Position numbers and translations under genes: made by a program | Notes under the pieces: generated by a model | Told to the model about the DNA's origin: nothing | Databases searched by the model: none | What the model saw: only the letters and a program-made list of their open reading frames with translations | DNA from: Candidatus Spongiisociaceae bacterium | GTDB lineage: Bacteria; Actinomycetota; Acidimicrobiia; Spongiisociales; Spongiisociaceae | Assembly (NCBI GenBank): GCA_965262915.1 | Contig: OZ253564.1 | Location: 2,304,001-2,368,000, forward strand | Reading direction: 5' to 3' | DNA: 64,000 nt | Shown: positions 12,097 to 23,000 of the stretch, one piece after another | Numbering within the stretch: the first letter of the stretch is position 1 | Layout of the letters: every line of letters begins with the position of its first letter

Positions 12097-12315
12097 CGGC
12101 GCGTGCTGGACACACCGCCCATCAACTACCAAGCCGTTCGTTAGCCTACGTTGCCCGCTCCCTGGACCTGCCGAGATCGGGGCGGCTGATCCGGCCCGGG
12201 CTCTCGGGCTATGAATTACTCGCGGGAAGCGCAGGATACGCACTAGACCGTGCCTCCCCGGCGGGTCGCGATGATGTGGGCGCGTTCCTTGGGGTCGGTA
12301 ATGGCGAGGGTGTTC

Positions 12316-13416
12316 TCAGCTAATTGCAGAGTTGAGCCCGAATGCCGACTTGACCGTCTTGATTGTGTGCTCGTCGCGCAGCTTGCAAACGGTGACCTGT
12401 GAAGCGAAGAGCCCCTTCTCCCAGACCGCCTCATCGACGGGCCGTGTGGCGAACCACTCGACCGGGACGACCATCTCGGTCAGTTCCGGGTCGTCTGAGG
12501 CAGCCCGCTCCCTCCACTGTGCGCTTATCCCTGGTTGATCGAGGAGCGATTGCGACTGCCCGCCGATCTCGACTTCGGCATCGCGAGCGAGGGTCATCTC
12601 GCCGGTGACCCGGCCTATACCGACGTAACCGGCTCCGGCCACATATGCGAACACGCGCTTTCCCCGTGTGAGGTTCCGTAGTGGCTTCCAGTACCACGAT
12701 CCACCGCCTGCGTTGAGAAGCCCGTACTTGCTCGCTATCGACCAGCGGCCGGGGTCATCGGTTCGACCGAGCACGCTGTAGAAGTCCCGGCCGTTCCACG
12801 GCCGGGACTTGCGCCGCGATGGTCGTTGGGCGGTGGCCTCGGTCGGCTGAGGATCGAGCAGCCACGTCCGAGCGAGGTAGTCACGGTCGTCGTCGCTGAA
12901 GTGGCGGAAGAAGACGGCGTTGATGGGCACGCCGTAAGACTCTGCGAGGAACTCGACGATGCGATCAGATGTCGGGTCGAGTTCAGACGCGATGATCGTG
13001 AACTGCTGTTCGGCATTGACGACGTCCGGCAGTGGGCTGCCGAATCGCTCAGCGAAGGCCGCACCGAGGTCGGTTTCGCCGTCGTGGTGGTCAAAGTAGA
13101 TCTTCTCGAGGTCCTCAAGGCCTAGAACCCGCACCCAGGACCCGTAGTCGAGCGCTTGGGCAACTACGTCTCGAGGGGTCCGATCGCGCTTTAGCTCGAG
13201 AACATGGACGCGACCGTCGGCATCGAGCGCCAGAAGGTCTATGTATCCGCCATACCCCGTCCGTACCTGCCTTCCGATGATGAGTAGGTCGATACCACTC
13301 ATGCCGGGGTCCTCGGCGAGCATGTCCTCAAGGCGCTCCTCCAGATCGAGCGGGAGCAGCGGCAACTGACGCGGTCCGGCTTCGGTCATCCGCCAGATTG
13401 CCATCTCTACAGCCAT
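12316..13416 (-). CDS. NucS/DUF91-like PD-(D/E)xK endonuclease with extra C-terminal domain
   Basis: EERLED...IIGRQVRTGYGGYIDLLALDADGRVHVLELKRDRTPRDVVAQALDY. Confidence 0.8.
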   Translation of the reverse strand: MAVEMAIWRMTEAGPRQLPLLPLDLEERLEDMLAEDPGMSGIDLLIIGRQVRTGYGGYIDLLALDADGRVHVLELKRDRTPRDVVAQALDYGSWVRVLGLEDLEKIYFDHHDGETDLGAAFAERFGSPLPDVVNAEQQFTIIASELDPTSDRIVEFLAESYGVPINAVFFRHFSDDDRDYLARTWLLDPQPTEATAQRPSRRKSRPWNGRDFYSVLGRTDDPGRWSIASKYGLLNAGGGSWYWKPLRNLTRGKRVFAYVAGAGYVGIGRVTGEMTLARDAEVEIGGQSQSLLDQPGISAQWRERAASDDPELTEMVVPVEWFATRPVDEAVWEKGLFASQVTVCKLRDEHTIKTVKSAFGLNSAIS

Positions 13417-13968
13417 TTGAGTCCTCTCGCCGCTGGAGATTCCATGATGCCACCGGGTTGTGACACTCACCCAGGGCGGACACCAGCCGAGGCAGTATTT
13501 TAGGCTTTGTAGCGGATGATGGTTCCACCGGACGGTCACCACGAACGGGTGTGGCTAACCCGTCTGGTGGACCGTTCCGGCGTGCTGGTCTGCTCGGGGG
13601 TCACCAAGGCGGACCCCGACTGGCTGACTAGAGGCCGGCCTACGCCGAACCGATTTCCTTCCGGGGTGGCCCGGGCCAAATGGCCAACGAAGGTGGCCCT
13701 AGTCGTGCTTCTGGCCGCGACCGTCTTCGATCGGTACTGGGTATGGGGTCTGGTCTTCCTCTATTGGGCGGCTATCAGCGTCAAGCGGGCCCACGGTTAA
13801 CGACCAATGGTCCAGAGGCGTCAGCTCCCGGAGTCCACAGACTGCCGGAGTGCGTGGTTGGAGGTGGGAAGGCGAGTCGGACCGGCCGCTGTAGGTCACA
13901 GAGGGACGGGTCTCATCGTGTGAAGATAACTGGAATGAACCTGGCGGACGGCCAACGTCACCAACTCA

Positions 13969-14232
13969 TCACCGAGAATGAAGTTTTAATTCCGCTGCCT
14001 TGTCGAGGTCGTTGAGAGTATTGCGCGCCGCCTGCAGCGCAATCTCTAGTTCTCGGTCCGCATCGGACGACCGGCGTAACTCGCCGCGTTCAAAGCGTTC
14101 GAGAATCTCGCGCTCTTCGTCAGTCAGTTCGTAGTTCACGGGTCTACCTCCCCCAATAGTATCTCATCGCCTTGCGACTGGGAATAACCGTCTTAAGGAA
14201 ACGGGTGCCGTCGGCCTCGGTGACGAACGGCG
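13969..14232 (-). pseudogene. Decayed TA pair: toxin C-terminal fragment plus truncated antitoxin
   Basis: PFVTEADGTRFLKTVIPSRKAMRYYWGR* (BrnT-like tail) is followed by VNYELTDEEREILERFERGEL...AARNTLN (14139-13969), which lacks a DNA-binding C-terminus. Confidence 0.6.
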
Positions 14233-14482
14233 GCTGCGACAGGTCAAGAGCCGACTACGATGATCTGGGGTTTGGTGACCGGCAGTCGCGTCGGAGTGAC
14301 TACGCGGGCGAGCGCGCTCCGCCTATCCGCTAGTCTTCATAGGTGTTATAGCCAACTGCGAAGGTGGGCGGCGCTGTGCGAGACTAGCCCTCCATGTTTG
14401 GCCCGACGCTTCGTCGAGTTGAATCCGCAAGCGACGGAGCCGTAGCAACCCCACCCGCATACCACCCCTTGGACGTGACCCA

Positions 14483-16348
14483 ATGGCTGAATCCCTACAT
14501 CTGGTCGCGCGTGCAGACTTGCGCAACGTGGCGATCATCGCTCATGTCGACCACGGCAAGACCACCCTCGTCGATGCCATGCTCTGGCAGTCCGGCGCCT
14601 TTCGGGCCAATGAGACGGTCGCCGAGCGCGTTATGGACTCGATGGACCTAGAGAGGGAAAAGGGCATCACGATCCTCGCCAAGAACACCGCGGTCCGCTA
14701 CGTCCGCGACAGCGGCGAGGAGATCAAGATCAACATCGTCGACACACCCGGGCACTCTGATTTCGGTGGTGAGGTAGAGCGGGCTCTGACGATGGTCGAC
14801 GGGGTACTCCTCCTGGTGGACTCGAGCGAGGGTCCGCTACCACAGACACGGTTCGTGCTCCGCAAGGCGCTGGCACTCGACCTGCCTGTCGTGTTGGTGA
14901 TCAACAAGATCGATCGGCCTGATTCCCGTATCTCCGAAGTCGTCGACGAGGTCTACGAGTTGTTCTTCGACCTCGACGCCAAAGAACATCAGATCGACTT
15001 CCCGATCGTTTACACGAACGCTCGCCGTGGCACTGCAACGCTGGATCCCCTGCAGCCGGGCAGCGACCTGCGGCCCATGTTCGAAACGCTACTCGAGACC
15101 GTTCAGCCACCTCGCCACGATCCGGAGCATCCACTCCAAGCCTGGATCACCGACCTCGACTCCAACCCGTACGTCGGCCGCATCGCGATTTGTCGTATCA
15201 TGCACGGAACCATCAAAAAGGGTCAATACGTGGCGTGGTGCCGCAGCGACGGAACAACCACCACAGCCAAGATCACCGACCTATATGTCACCGAGAGCCT
15301 CAACCGAGTAGATTCCGACGCCGCCGGCGCCGGCGAGATCATCGCCATTTCCGGCATCCCCGACATCACCATCGGCGAAACACTCGCCGATCTCGCCAGG
15401 CCCGTTCCTCTTCCTGTGATCGCGGTGGAGGAGCCGAGCCTCTCGATGACGATCGGTACCAATACGTCTCCAATGGCTGGACTCGACGGTGAAAAGGTGA
15501 CCGCCCGCCTCATCAAGAATCGTCTCGATGCCGAACTGGTCGGCAACGTGTCGATTCGAGTGTCGGACACCGACCGTCCCGACACCTGGGAAGTTCAGGG
15601 ACGGGGCGAGCTTCAGCTCGCCGTGTTAGTGGAAATCATGCGTCGTGAGGGCTTCGAGATGACCGTCGGCAAGCCCGAAGTCGTCACACGAACCGTCGGA
15701 GGACGCCTCCACGAGCCGACCGAGCGCATCACCATTGATGTCCCCGAGGAATTCGTTGGTGCGACAACCCGGCTCTTCGGCGAGCGTAAGGCCCGCATGG
15801 TGAACATGTCGAACCATGGCACCGGATGGGTTCGTCTCGACTACATCGTGGCGGCCCGTGGACTCATCGGCTTCCGCACCGAGTTCCTCACGGAGACTCG
15901 TGGCACCGGTCTCATGGGCAGCGTGTTCGAAGGCTACACCCCGTGGTTGGGGGAGCTTCGCTCTCGCCGCTCAGGCTCGATCGTCGCCGATCGCAGGGGC
16001 GCGGTCACCGCTTACGCCGTTGCCGCCCTGCAGGACCGGACTTCGCTGTTCGTCACTCCCGGCGACGAGGTCTACGAGGGCATGGTTATCGGCGAGAACC
16101 CGCGGCTCGACGATATGAACGTCAACATCGGCCGTGAGAAGAAACAGACCAACGTGCGCGCTGCCGCTTCCGACGACACCGTCCGTCTGACCCCACCCCG
16201 CATCCTGTCGCTCGAGCAATCTCTCGAATTCATCGCCGATGACGAGTGCGTTGAGGTCACCCCGCACTTCCTTCGCCTCCGTAAGGTGGTTCTCGAGGCC
16301 GGGGTACGCGGCCGCAACAAGAAACGCCTCCAGCGCAGCCCGTGTTGA
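14483..16348 (+). CDS. typA: Translational GTPase TypA/BipA
   Basis: [62 protein letters not shown]. Confidence 0.97.
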   Translation: MAESLHLVARADLRNVAIIAHVDHGKTTLVDAMLWQSGAFRANETVAERVMDSMDLEREKGITILAKNTAVRYVRDSGEEIKINIVDTPGHSDFGGEVERALTMVDGVLLLVDSSEGPLPQTRFVLRKALALDLPVVLVINKIDRPDSRISEVVDEVYELFFDLDAKEHQIDFPIVYTNARRGTATLDPLQPGSDLRPMFETLLETVQPPRHDPEHPLQAWITDLDSNPYVGRIAICRIMHGTIKKGQYVAWCRSDGTTTTAKITDLYVTESLNRVDSDAAGAGEIIAISGIPDITIGETLADLARPVPLPVIAVEEPSLSMTIGTNTSPMAGLDGEKVTARLIKNRLDAELVGNVSIRVSDTDRPDTWEVQGRGELQLAVLVEIMRREGFEMTVGKPEVVTRTVGGRLHEPTERITIDVPEEFVGATTRLFGERKARMVNMSNHGTGWVRLDYIVAARGLIGFRTEFLTETRGTGLMGSVFEGYTPWLGELRSRRSGSIVADRRGAVTAYAVAALQDRTSLFVTPGDEVYEGMVIGENPRLDDMNVNIGREKKQTNVRAAASDDTVRLTPPRILSLEQSLEFIADDECVEVTPHFLRLRKVVLEAGVRGRNKKRLQRSPC

Positions 16349-16396
16349 AGGATCCACACTCCCGTACGCCAACATCCCTGGACCTGATGCACCAGG

Positions 16397-16505
16397 TGGA
16401 GTTCCCCCCGTGTGCTGGACACTTGGTTTATGCGGCCGTGTGATGGTGGTAGTTGTCCTCCCATTCGTTCGGTGGCTGATGTCCGATCGTGGAATGAAGC
16501 CGGCG
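16397..16505 (-). mobile_element. IS3-family 3' end remnant
   Basis: RRLHSTIGHQPPNEWEDNY* followed by the IR ...GTGTCCAGCACACGGGGGGAACTCCA. Confidence 0.7.
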
Positions 16506-16507
16506 GG

Positions 16508-16597
16508 ATCGACTCCACAATCGTCAAGGTCCATCCCGACGGTACCGGCGCCCACAAGAAGGGGGTCCACAGTCCATCGGGAAGTCCTGGGGTGGGC
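16508..16597 (+). mobile_element. IS5-family (IS427-like) transposase fragment
   Basis: IDSTIVKVHPDGTGAHKKG...QSIGKS motif. Confidence 0.65.
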
Positions 16598-16728
16598 AGC
16601 CGGAGCGAGGCACAGTTCCGTCCCGGGGCATAGTCCCATTCCTAAAGCGGTGGGGTTGGGGGCACACAGCTAGTTCGGTGACGGGGCACCTCCAGCCAGG
16701 CGAACCCCGACCAGGTGGGAACGTAGGT

Positions 16729-16870
16729 GTAGGGTCGGACCGGGGCGCCCTTCCTGCTTTTGAGCTGGCGGGTTTCCCCGGCCCGCCCTCCGAACCGGAC
16801 GTGCAACTTCGGGTGCATCCGGCTCTCCATGTGTTCATGCCACTACTGGCTCAGCCTGTGTCTGCATCAC
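16729..16870 (-). ncRNA. Group II intron 3' remnant (domains 5 and 6)
   Basis: D5 GAGCCGGAUGCACCCGAAGUUGCACGUCCGGUUC (16792-16825) with the AGC triad. D6 ends ...CCGACCCUAC and is followed by IS3 exon codons TYVPTWSGF. Confidence 0.85.
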
Positions 16871-17050
16871 ACGTTCCCGCCGCTCGGCCTCAACCAGCCT
16901 CACCTACTCCCCTGATCTTCGGTCCCTTCCGGAGAAGAGTCTCTACAGCCTCTCTGTAGAGACTCACCCTGTTGATCCCCTAACCGAAAACTGTCCACGA
17001 AAGTGGGGTACCTCCAGTGTGACAAACTATCATCGTCAACGGGCTTATCA

Positions 17051-19702
17051 ATGGAGGTGTTCATTTCGTTTCTCGGTAGGCGGCTATGTGGGCTGAGGAC
17101 GGCGTGCGTGCTGGGCGTGCTGCTGACCCTGTCCTGGCCCGCCTTGGCCCACGACACGACGTCTACCGCTCCGCCCGCCGCGCCCGGCCAACTCACCGGG
17201 ACGGTGATTCACGCTGGGATGGTGGAATTGGACTGGAGCGACGTGGCCGAAGCGACCGCCTACCGGATTCAGGCGTGGGACGGCAGCGACTTTTTCGACG
17301 TACCGAGCCGGAACCTGGTGACGGGCAACAAGGTTGAGGTGCTGTTCTACGGTTCCTTGGCGATACTGACCGGGCTGCCACACGAGGGGGTCTACTACTT
17401 CCGGGTACAGGCCGTCAACGCTGCGGGCGCGTCGGAGTGGTCGGAAATCCTCTTCCTGTCCAATATCTCGCCGGACCTGGTTGATGAGCCTCTGCCCACC
17501 TTTGCGCCCACGCCGACTCCCGAACCCACACCGGCGACGCAGCCGGCAGCGGAAGCGCCGTCGGTCCCGCGGAACCTGGCCGGCCACGCCTCCTGCGGTT
17601 CCATCACCCTGAACTGGAACGTCCCGGCGGATGGTGCGGTCACCGGCTACCGGATATTGCGCCGCCGCCCGTCTGAAGGCGAAAGGACCCTGCTGGTGTA
17701 CGTGGCCGACACGGGCAGTTCCGCCACCACCTACACCGACATCGACGTGGAACCGGGCGTGGAGTACGTCTATCGGGTCAAGGCGGTCAACCGGGGCGAG
17801 GTTGGGCCGCAGTCCAACTACCACAATGTCAAGATGCCTCCATCCGCTCTGACGCCGGCGGGGACGCCGGGGAACCTGTGCGCGACAGTAGTCGGCGATG
17901 TCATCCGACTGGCCTGGGACGCGCCGGCCGACATTGCAGTAACCGGCTATCAGGTGTTGCGGCGTCGCCCGCCGGCGGGTGAGAAGAGGCTGCGGGTGTA
18001 TGAGGAGAACACGGGCAGCGCGGCCACCACTTACATGGACCGGAACGTGGAATCGGGGATACGGTACGTGTACCGGGTGAAGGCCGTCAGCGCCGAGGGG
18101 GTTGGCTCGCAGTCCAACTACGTCAACATCAATGTGCCGCGCCAACCCGCCACGCCGGAACCGGCGCCCGCGCTGACGGCGGACTTCCACGCGACGCCGG
18201 AGTCCCACGACGGACAGACTCCCTTCACCTTCGAGCTTCGGTTCAGCGAGGAGATTGAGAGTCTGCAGTACCGGACGGTGCGGTACCTTGCCCTCCAGTT
18301 GTCCGGCGGCTTGGTGGTGGAGGCGCGGCGGCCGGCCCCGCCCAGCCGCGTCCGCTGGGAGATCACCATTGACCCCGACGGCTCCGGCGACGTGACGGTC
18401 GTGCTGCCCGTCACCGGGGCCTGCGACGACCTTGAGGCCATCTGCACCGGGGACGGAAGGGAGCTGTCCAACCGGACCGAGCTGACCGTCGCCGGTCCCG
18501 CAGTGCAGGACGCAACGGCACCTGCGCAGCAGCAGCGACCCAACTTCCGGGCCACCGGCGCGCCCACCATCAGCGGCACAGCGCAGGTCGGACACGCTCT
18601 GACGGCTGACGTATCGGCCATCTCCGATACGGATGGTCTGACCGGGGTGAGCTTCACCTACCAGTGGCTGACTGATAACACGCCAATCGACGGTGCGGCC
18701 GGTACGTCCTACACGCTCACCGAAGCCGAGGAAGGCAAGATCGTCAGAGTGAAAGCGAGCTTCGCCGACGACGCCGGCAACGCCGAGGCGATGGAGAGCG
18801 CCCCCACGGCTGCCGTGGCGCCCGTGGAGGCGCTGACAGCAGCGTTCCAGGACGCACCGGCCCATCACGACGGCGCAGAGCCATTCACGGTTCGGATCGC
18901 CTTCAGCGAGCCAGTCGCCACCAGCCACCAGCCCTCGATGTTCTCCTCCCTGGAATTAACGGGCGGCCAATTCATCAGCGCGGGGCGCGTTGACGGTCGC
19001 CATGACCTTTGGGAGATCATCGTGCGTCCGGCGCATAACCATCCCGGAGAGATTCACATCATGCTGCCCACAGGCCTCCCGTGCGACCTCCCGGGATCCA
19101 TCTGTACCGAAGACGGCAAGCGGCTCTCCATCTGGATAGAACTCACCGTCCCCTCCCTTCCCGTGTACCTCACGTTCGATGACGGCCCCCACAGCACGCA
19201 TACCCCCCAAATACTGGACATACTGGCCCGTTACGGCGCCCGGTCCACGTTCTTCGTGATAGGGGTGCACGCTGCGCAACATCCCGACCTCATTGAACGC
19301 ATGGTCGCAGAGGGCCACACCGTCGGCAACCACACCTACCGCCATGAACGGCTCAACGACCTGTCGCTGGAATCGTTCAACGATACCGTGGGACGTACTC
19401 AGGAACTGCTTGGAGACCATGGCGCGGCTTGTCTGCGGGCCCCCTTCGGCGCCGCCAATGCTCTCACCGAGGAACGGGCCCGGGCATTGGGGCTGGAACT
19501 GATACCCTGGACGGTGAACACTTATGACTGGAGCAATTCCGGGGTGGACAGCATCGTCGATCATATATTGACGGGAGTCTCTCCCGAGGCGATCATCCTG
19601 ATGCACGATGGCGTGGGTAACGGTCAGATTGTTCAGGCTTTGGACACCGCGCTGCGCCGCCTGTCGGCACTGGGTGTGCGATTCGAACCTGTCTGCCGCT
19701 GA
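17051..19702 (+). CDS. Secreted Fn3-repeat protein with C-terminal NodB polysaccharide deacetylase
   Basis: Signal peptide ...WPALA, three Fn3 modules (YRVKAVN), Ig-like modules, VYLTFDDGP, GNHTYRH, LRAPFG, IILMHD. Confidence 0.85.
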   Translation: MEVFISFLGRRLCGLRTACVLGVLLTLSWPALAHDTTSTAPPAAPGQLTGTVIHAGMVELDWSDVAEATAYRIQAWDGSDFFDVPSRNLVTGNKVEVLFYGSLAILTGLPHEGVYYFRVQAVNAAGASEWSEILFLSNISPDLVDEPLPTFAPTPTPEPTPATQPAAEAPSVPRNLAGHASCGSITLNWNVPADGAVTGYRILRRRPSEGERTLLVYVADTGSSATTYTDIDVEPGVEYVYRVKAVNRGEVGPQSNYHNVKMPPSALTPAGTPGNLCATVVGDVIRLAWDAPADIAVTGYQVLRRRPPAGEKRLRVYEENTGSAATTYMDRNVESGIRYVYRVKAVSAEGVGSQSNYVNINVPRQPATPEPAPALTADFHATPESHDGQTPFTFELRFSEEIESLQYRTVRYLALQLSGGLVVEARRPAPPSRVRWEITIDPDGSGDVTVVLPVTGACDDLEAICTGDGRELSNRTELTVAGPAVQDATAPAQQQRPNFRATGAPTISGTAQVGHALTADVSAISDTDGLTGVSFTYQWLTDNTPIDGAAGTSYTLTEAEEGKIVRVKASFADDAGNAEAMESAPTAAVAPVEALTAAFQDAPAHHDGAEPFTVRIAFSEPVATSHQPSMFSSLELTGGQFISAGRVDGRHDLWEIIVRPAHNHPGEIHIMLPTGLPCDLPGSICTEDGKRLSIWIELTVPSLPVYLTFDDGPHSTHTPQILDILARYGARSTFFVIGVHAAQHPDLIERMVAEGHTVGNHTYRHERLNDLSLESFNDTVGRTQELLGDHGAACLRAPFGAANALTEERARALGLELIPWTVNTYDWSNSGVDSIVDHILTGVSPEAIILMHDGVGNGQIVQALDTALRRLSALGVRFEPVCR

Positions 19703-20062
19703 GCGGTTCCCCCGGGGAGAGGCCCGATCGCGGACTCTAGGATATTCACATACGTCGCACCGCATCCGGCAACGGGTCTGGCCTCGCTGAGGGGTCGTAT
19801 TCACTCGGTGTGTACCTGCTGGTATCTACCAACGCTCTAGCTACGGTGGGATAGCCGATAGCGAACAACAACGTTCCAGCGAGGAGGCCATCTGAGACCG
19901 ACTTCTGAGCTATTTCCGGCATTGCCGTACCCCACCCGTAGCAAAGCTGCATTTAACAACCCGCTCACCCGATGGCGGTGCGGCCCTTCGATCATCGTTC
20001 TAACACGGTCCGGATACTATTCGGAGGTTTCGGACGGGTTTTCCTCCACACATGGGGGCGGT

Positions 20063-23000
20063 TTAGTTTGGGGTGGAGGTGCCGGCGGCGGTGATTAGGT
20101 GGCGGGCCCGGTACAGGAATGCAGCCATCTGCGCTCGCGTGATGGGTCTGTTGGGGCAGTACTGAAGCGGTTCCTGGGTGCAGCCCGCGGTTATCTGTGC
20201 CCGGTGGAGCGTCTCGATGTTGGCGGCATGCACGCTGGCGGGATCCACGTCAACAAACCCTGCCTGCTGTTGGGGGGCTTGCAGGTCGAGAGCGCGGGTG
20301 AGGAAGCTCGCCATTTGTGCTCGGGTGATGGGTTTGTTGGGGCAGTACTGAAGCGGTTCCTGGGTGCAGCCTGTGGTTATCTGTGCCTGGTGGAGCGTCT
20401 CGATGTTGGTGGCATGCACATTGGTGGGATCCACGTCAACAAACCCTGCCTGCTGTTGGGGGGCTTGCAGGTCGAGAGCGCGGGTGAGGAAGCTCGCCAT
20501 TTGTGCTCGGGTGACTGGGTTGTTGGGACAATAGGTGTAGGCGGCGCAGCCTCCGGTGATTCCTTGTTCGGCTAGCCATATGATCTCGTTGACGAACTGG
20601 TGATCGGTGATATCGCCCTACACGGTGAGAGTGGCGCTGCCGGTGAGGGTCCGCCGGGCGATGTCGCCGACGGTCACGCTCACCGTGTAGGTGCCGTCCG
20701 CGGGTGCCACGAACGCGAAACGCTGCGCGTCGCTTGTCGCGGTGAACCCGTGGGGGCCGGTGACTGTCCATCTCAGAGCGCGGATCCTGGTGCCGTCGCT
20801 GATAGCCGCGGTGAACACGGTCTCCGTATCGGCGGCGGTGTAGGAGGCGCCGCCGATCTCGACCACAGCAGCCGGACCGCCGCCACCACCACCGGTGCCA
20901 CCGCCCCCGCCTCCGCCGCCACCAGGGCGCGGGGCTGGTTCGGTGATGGTGACGGCCACGACACCGATGCTGTACGCGCCGTGAAATATCGAGACCTCGA
21001 TGGTCTCGTCGGGGTCTTCTTCGGTGTCGGTCGCCGCTCTCAGCGTGAAACTCGCGGATCTGGCGCCAGCCGCGAGGATCAAGCGCTGTGACGATGTCAG
21101 GTCCTGGCTGCGGCTGTTGGTGATCGTGAAGTCGTCTACGGGGGTGGCTGTGCCGCTGAGAGCCAACTCGAGGGTCTGCGGATCGGCGAAGGTGACGCCG
21201 ACGGTCTCCACGACGACGCGAACTGATCTGCCTTCCGCGACTTCGCTGGAGCCTGGAGAGACGCTGAAGTCCGCCACGTAGTCGTCGTTGTAGACGGTCA
21301 CGGCCGCCGCGTTGGCGGTGCCGGTGAGGTAAACGGGCGGGCTGCTGGTGCTGCCAAGCACCAGCACCGTCACGGCCGCGTCGTCCTCGATGACGGTGTC
21401 GTCGAGCGTTGCCACATCAAGGACCGCGGTGGCGCTGTTCTGCTCGAAGGTGGCGGTGGTGGGCGTGGAGCCGCTCAGTGTCGACCCGGTCGCCGTCACC
21501 TGGACCCGGACCGTCAGCGCAGTGGTGAGCGGCAGGCTGTGGGCATCGGTTCGCGTGAGCGCGAAGGTGGCGTTCTCACCCTCGGTGATCGTCCCGCCCG
21601 CCGCGATCGTGACCAGCGGCGTGCCCTCCACGTCGCTCGGGGGGATCGTTACCGTGCGCGTACCGAGCGAAGCGTTGGTGAGGTCGAGTCTGGCACTGAC
21701 GGTGACGGTCTCCCCCGTCGTCTCGATGACGGTGTCGTCGACCGCGCGGATGGTGGCCTTGACCGCGTCCGCCCCGGCCGGGAGGGTGATGGCGTAGGGC
21801 GGGGACAGGATGCGGTTGCCGGCGTCCACGAGGACGAAGTCGTCCCCCGGCGTGGCCGTGCCGCCAACGGTGAGGTTGATGGTCTGGTCGTGCTCGAAGG
21901 TGACGCCGTTGGTGATAGCGAAGACGAGGCTGGTCTCGGCGCCCTCGGCGACCTGGTGCACCGCCGCGGTGAAGCTGATCTGTGCCCGGTCGGCGTCGCT
22001 GATCGTCACGGTCGGGGCGGCGGTCGAGTCCGCGGTCACGCCGTATGGCAGCGCGCCGAACTCGAGCGTGGCGGTCTCCGGTCCCTCGACCAGATAGTCG
22101 TGCACGGCTTCGACCGTCAGCGTCTTGCGGGTCTCCCCGGCGTCGAAGGTGACGCTGCCGGCCACCGTCAGGTCGTCGGACGACCCGCTGCTCCCCGCGC
22201 CGGCCAGGACGGGGAAGGTCACCCCGCGGACGCCATGGTGGGCGGCGCTGAGGCGCACCGTGACGGCCAGCGTCGCGCCTTCAGCGATCGTGTAGGTGGC
22301 CTGCTCGAAAGAAACGGTGACGGGAGGTCCGATCACCAGCGCCGGGGGCGCCTCAGACAGCGTCGTGCCGTCGGCCGTGCAGATGCCGCTGTCCGCGCAG
22401 GCCTGATCGGCGACAAGGCGGAACGTGATCGCGCCGTCGCCTTCTGGGGTAAGGGTGACCAGGTAGGCGTTGGCCGGCTCGCCCGCCGCCACATGGGGGC
22501 TGACGCCGGCGACCGTCGCACCCTCGACGCTGACCGACGGCGTGTCCGCGGCGAAGTCCACCACCGGCCGGCTGAACGCGACCACCACCTGCGGAGCACC
22601 GAGGTTGAACACCGACGTGTGGCTGCTGGCCGGAAGATCCGCGGTCAGCGCACCGGGCTGCGGCGCCAGCGCGTGGGGAGCCAGCGGAATGGCGTGCACG
22701 GAGAGTTGTCCGCCGTCGTAGGGCATCCGAAGGGAGAACTTCTCTTCGCCGGTGTCCGGGTCAACCTGAGTCACCGATTCATCGGGCGGGTAGGGCGGCC
22801 CCGCGCCGTAGGAGAAGCCTCGGGTGCCGCCCCAGCTGATCAGCCAGTCTCCGTTGTTCAGCGCCTCGACGTGGCCACGGACGTTCCCGTAGAACTCCTT
22901 GCGGCCGTAAAGCGAGTGATCGCGCAGGAAAACCGCCTCGCCGTTGGCCTCGTCGATCGCGTACTCCACCGCGCGGCTGTACACGCTGCTCTGCCGTCCC

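Noticed and set aside
13516-13800. Membrane protein gene
   Set aside because: Only a short hydrophobic tail with no clear start; probably a fragment.
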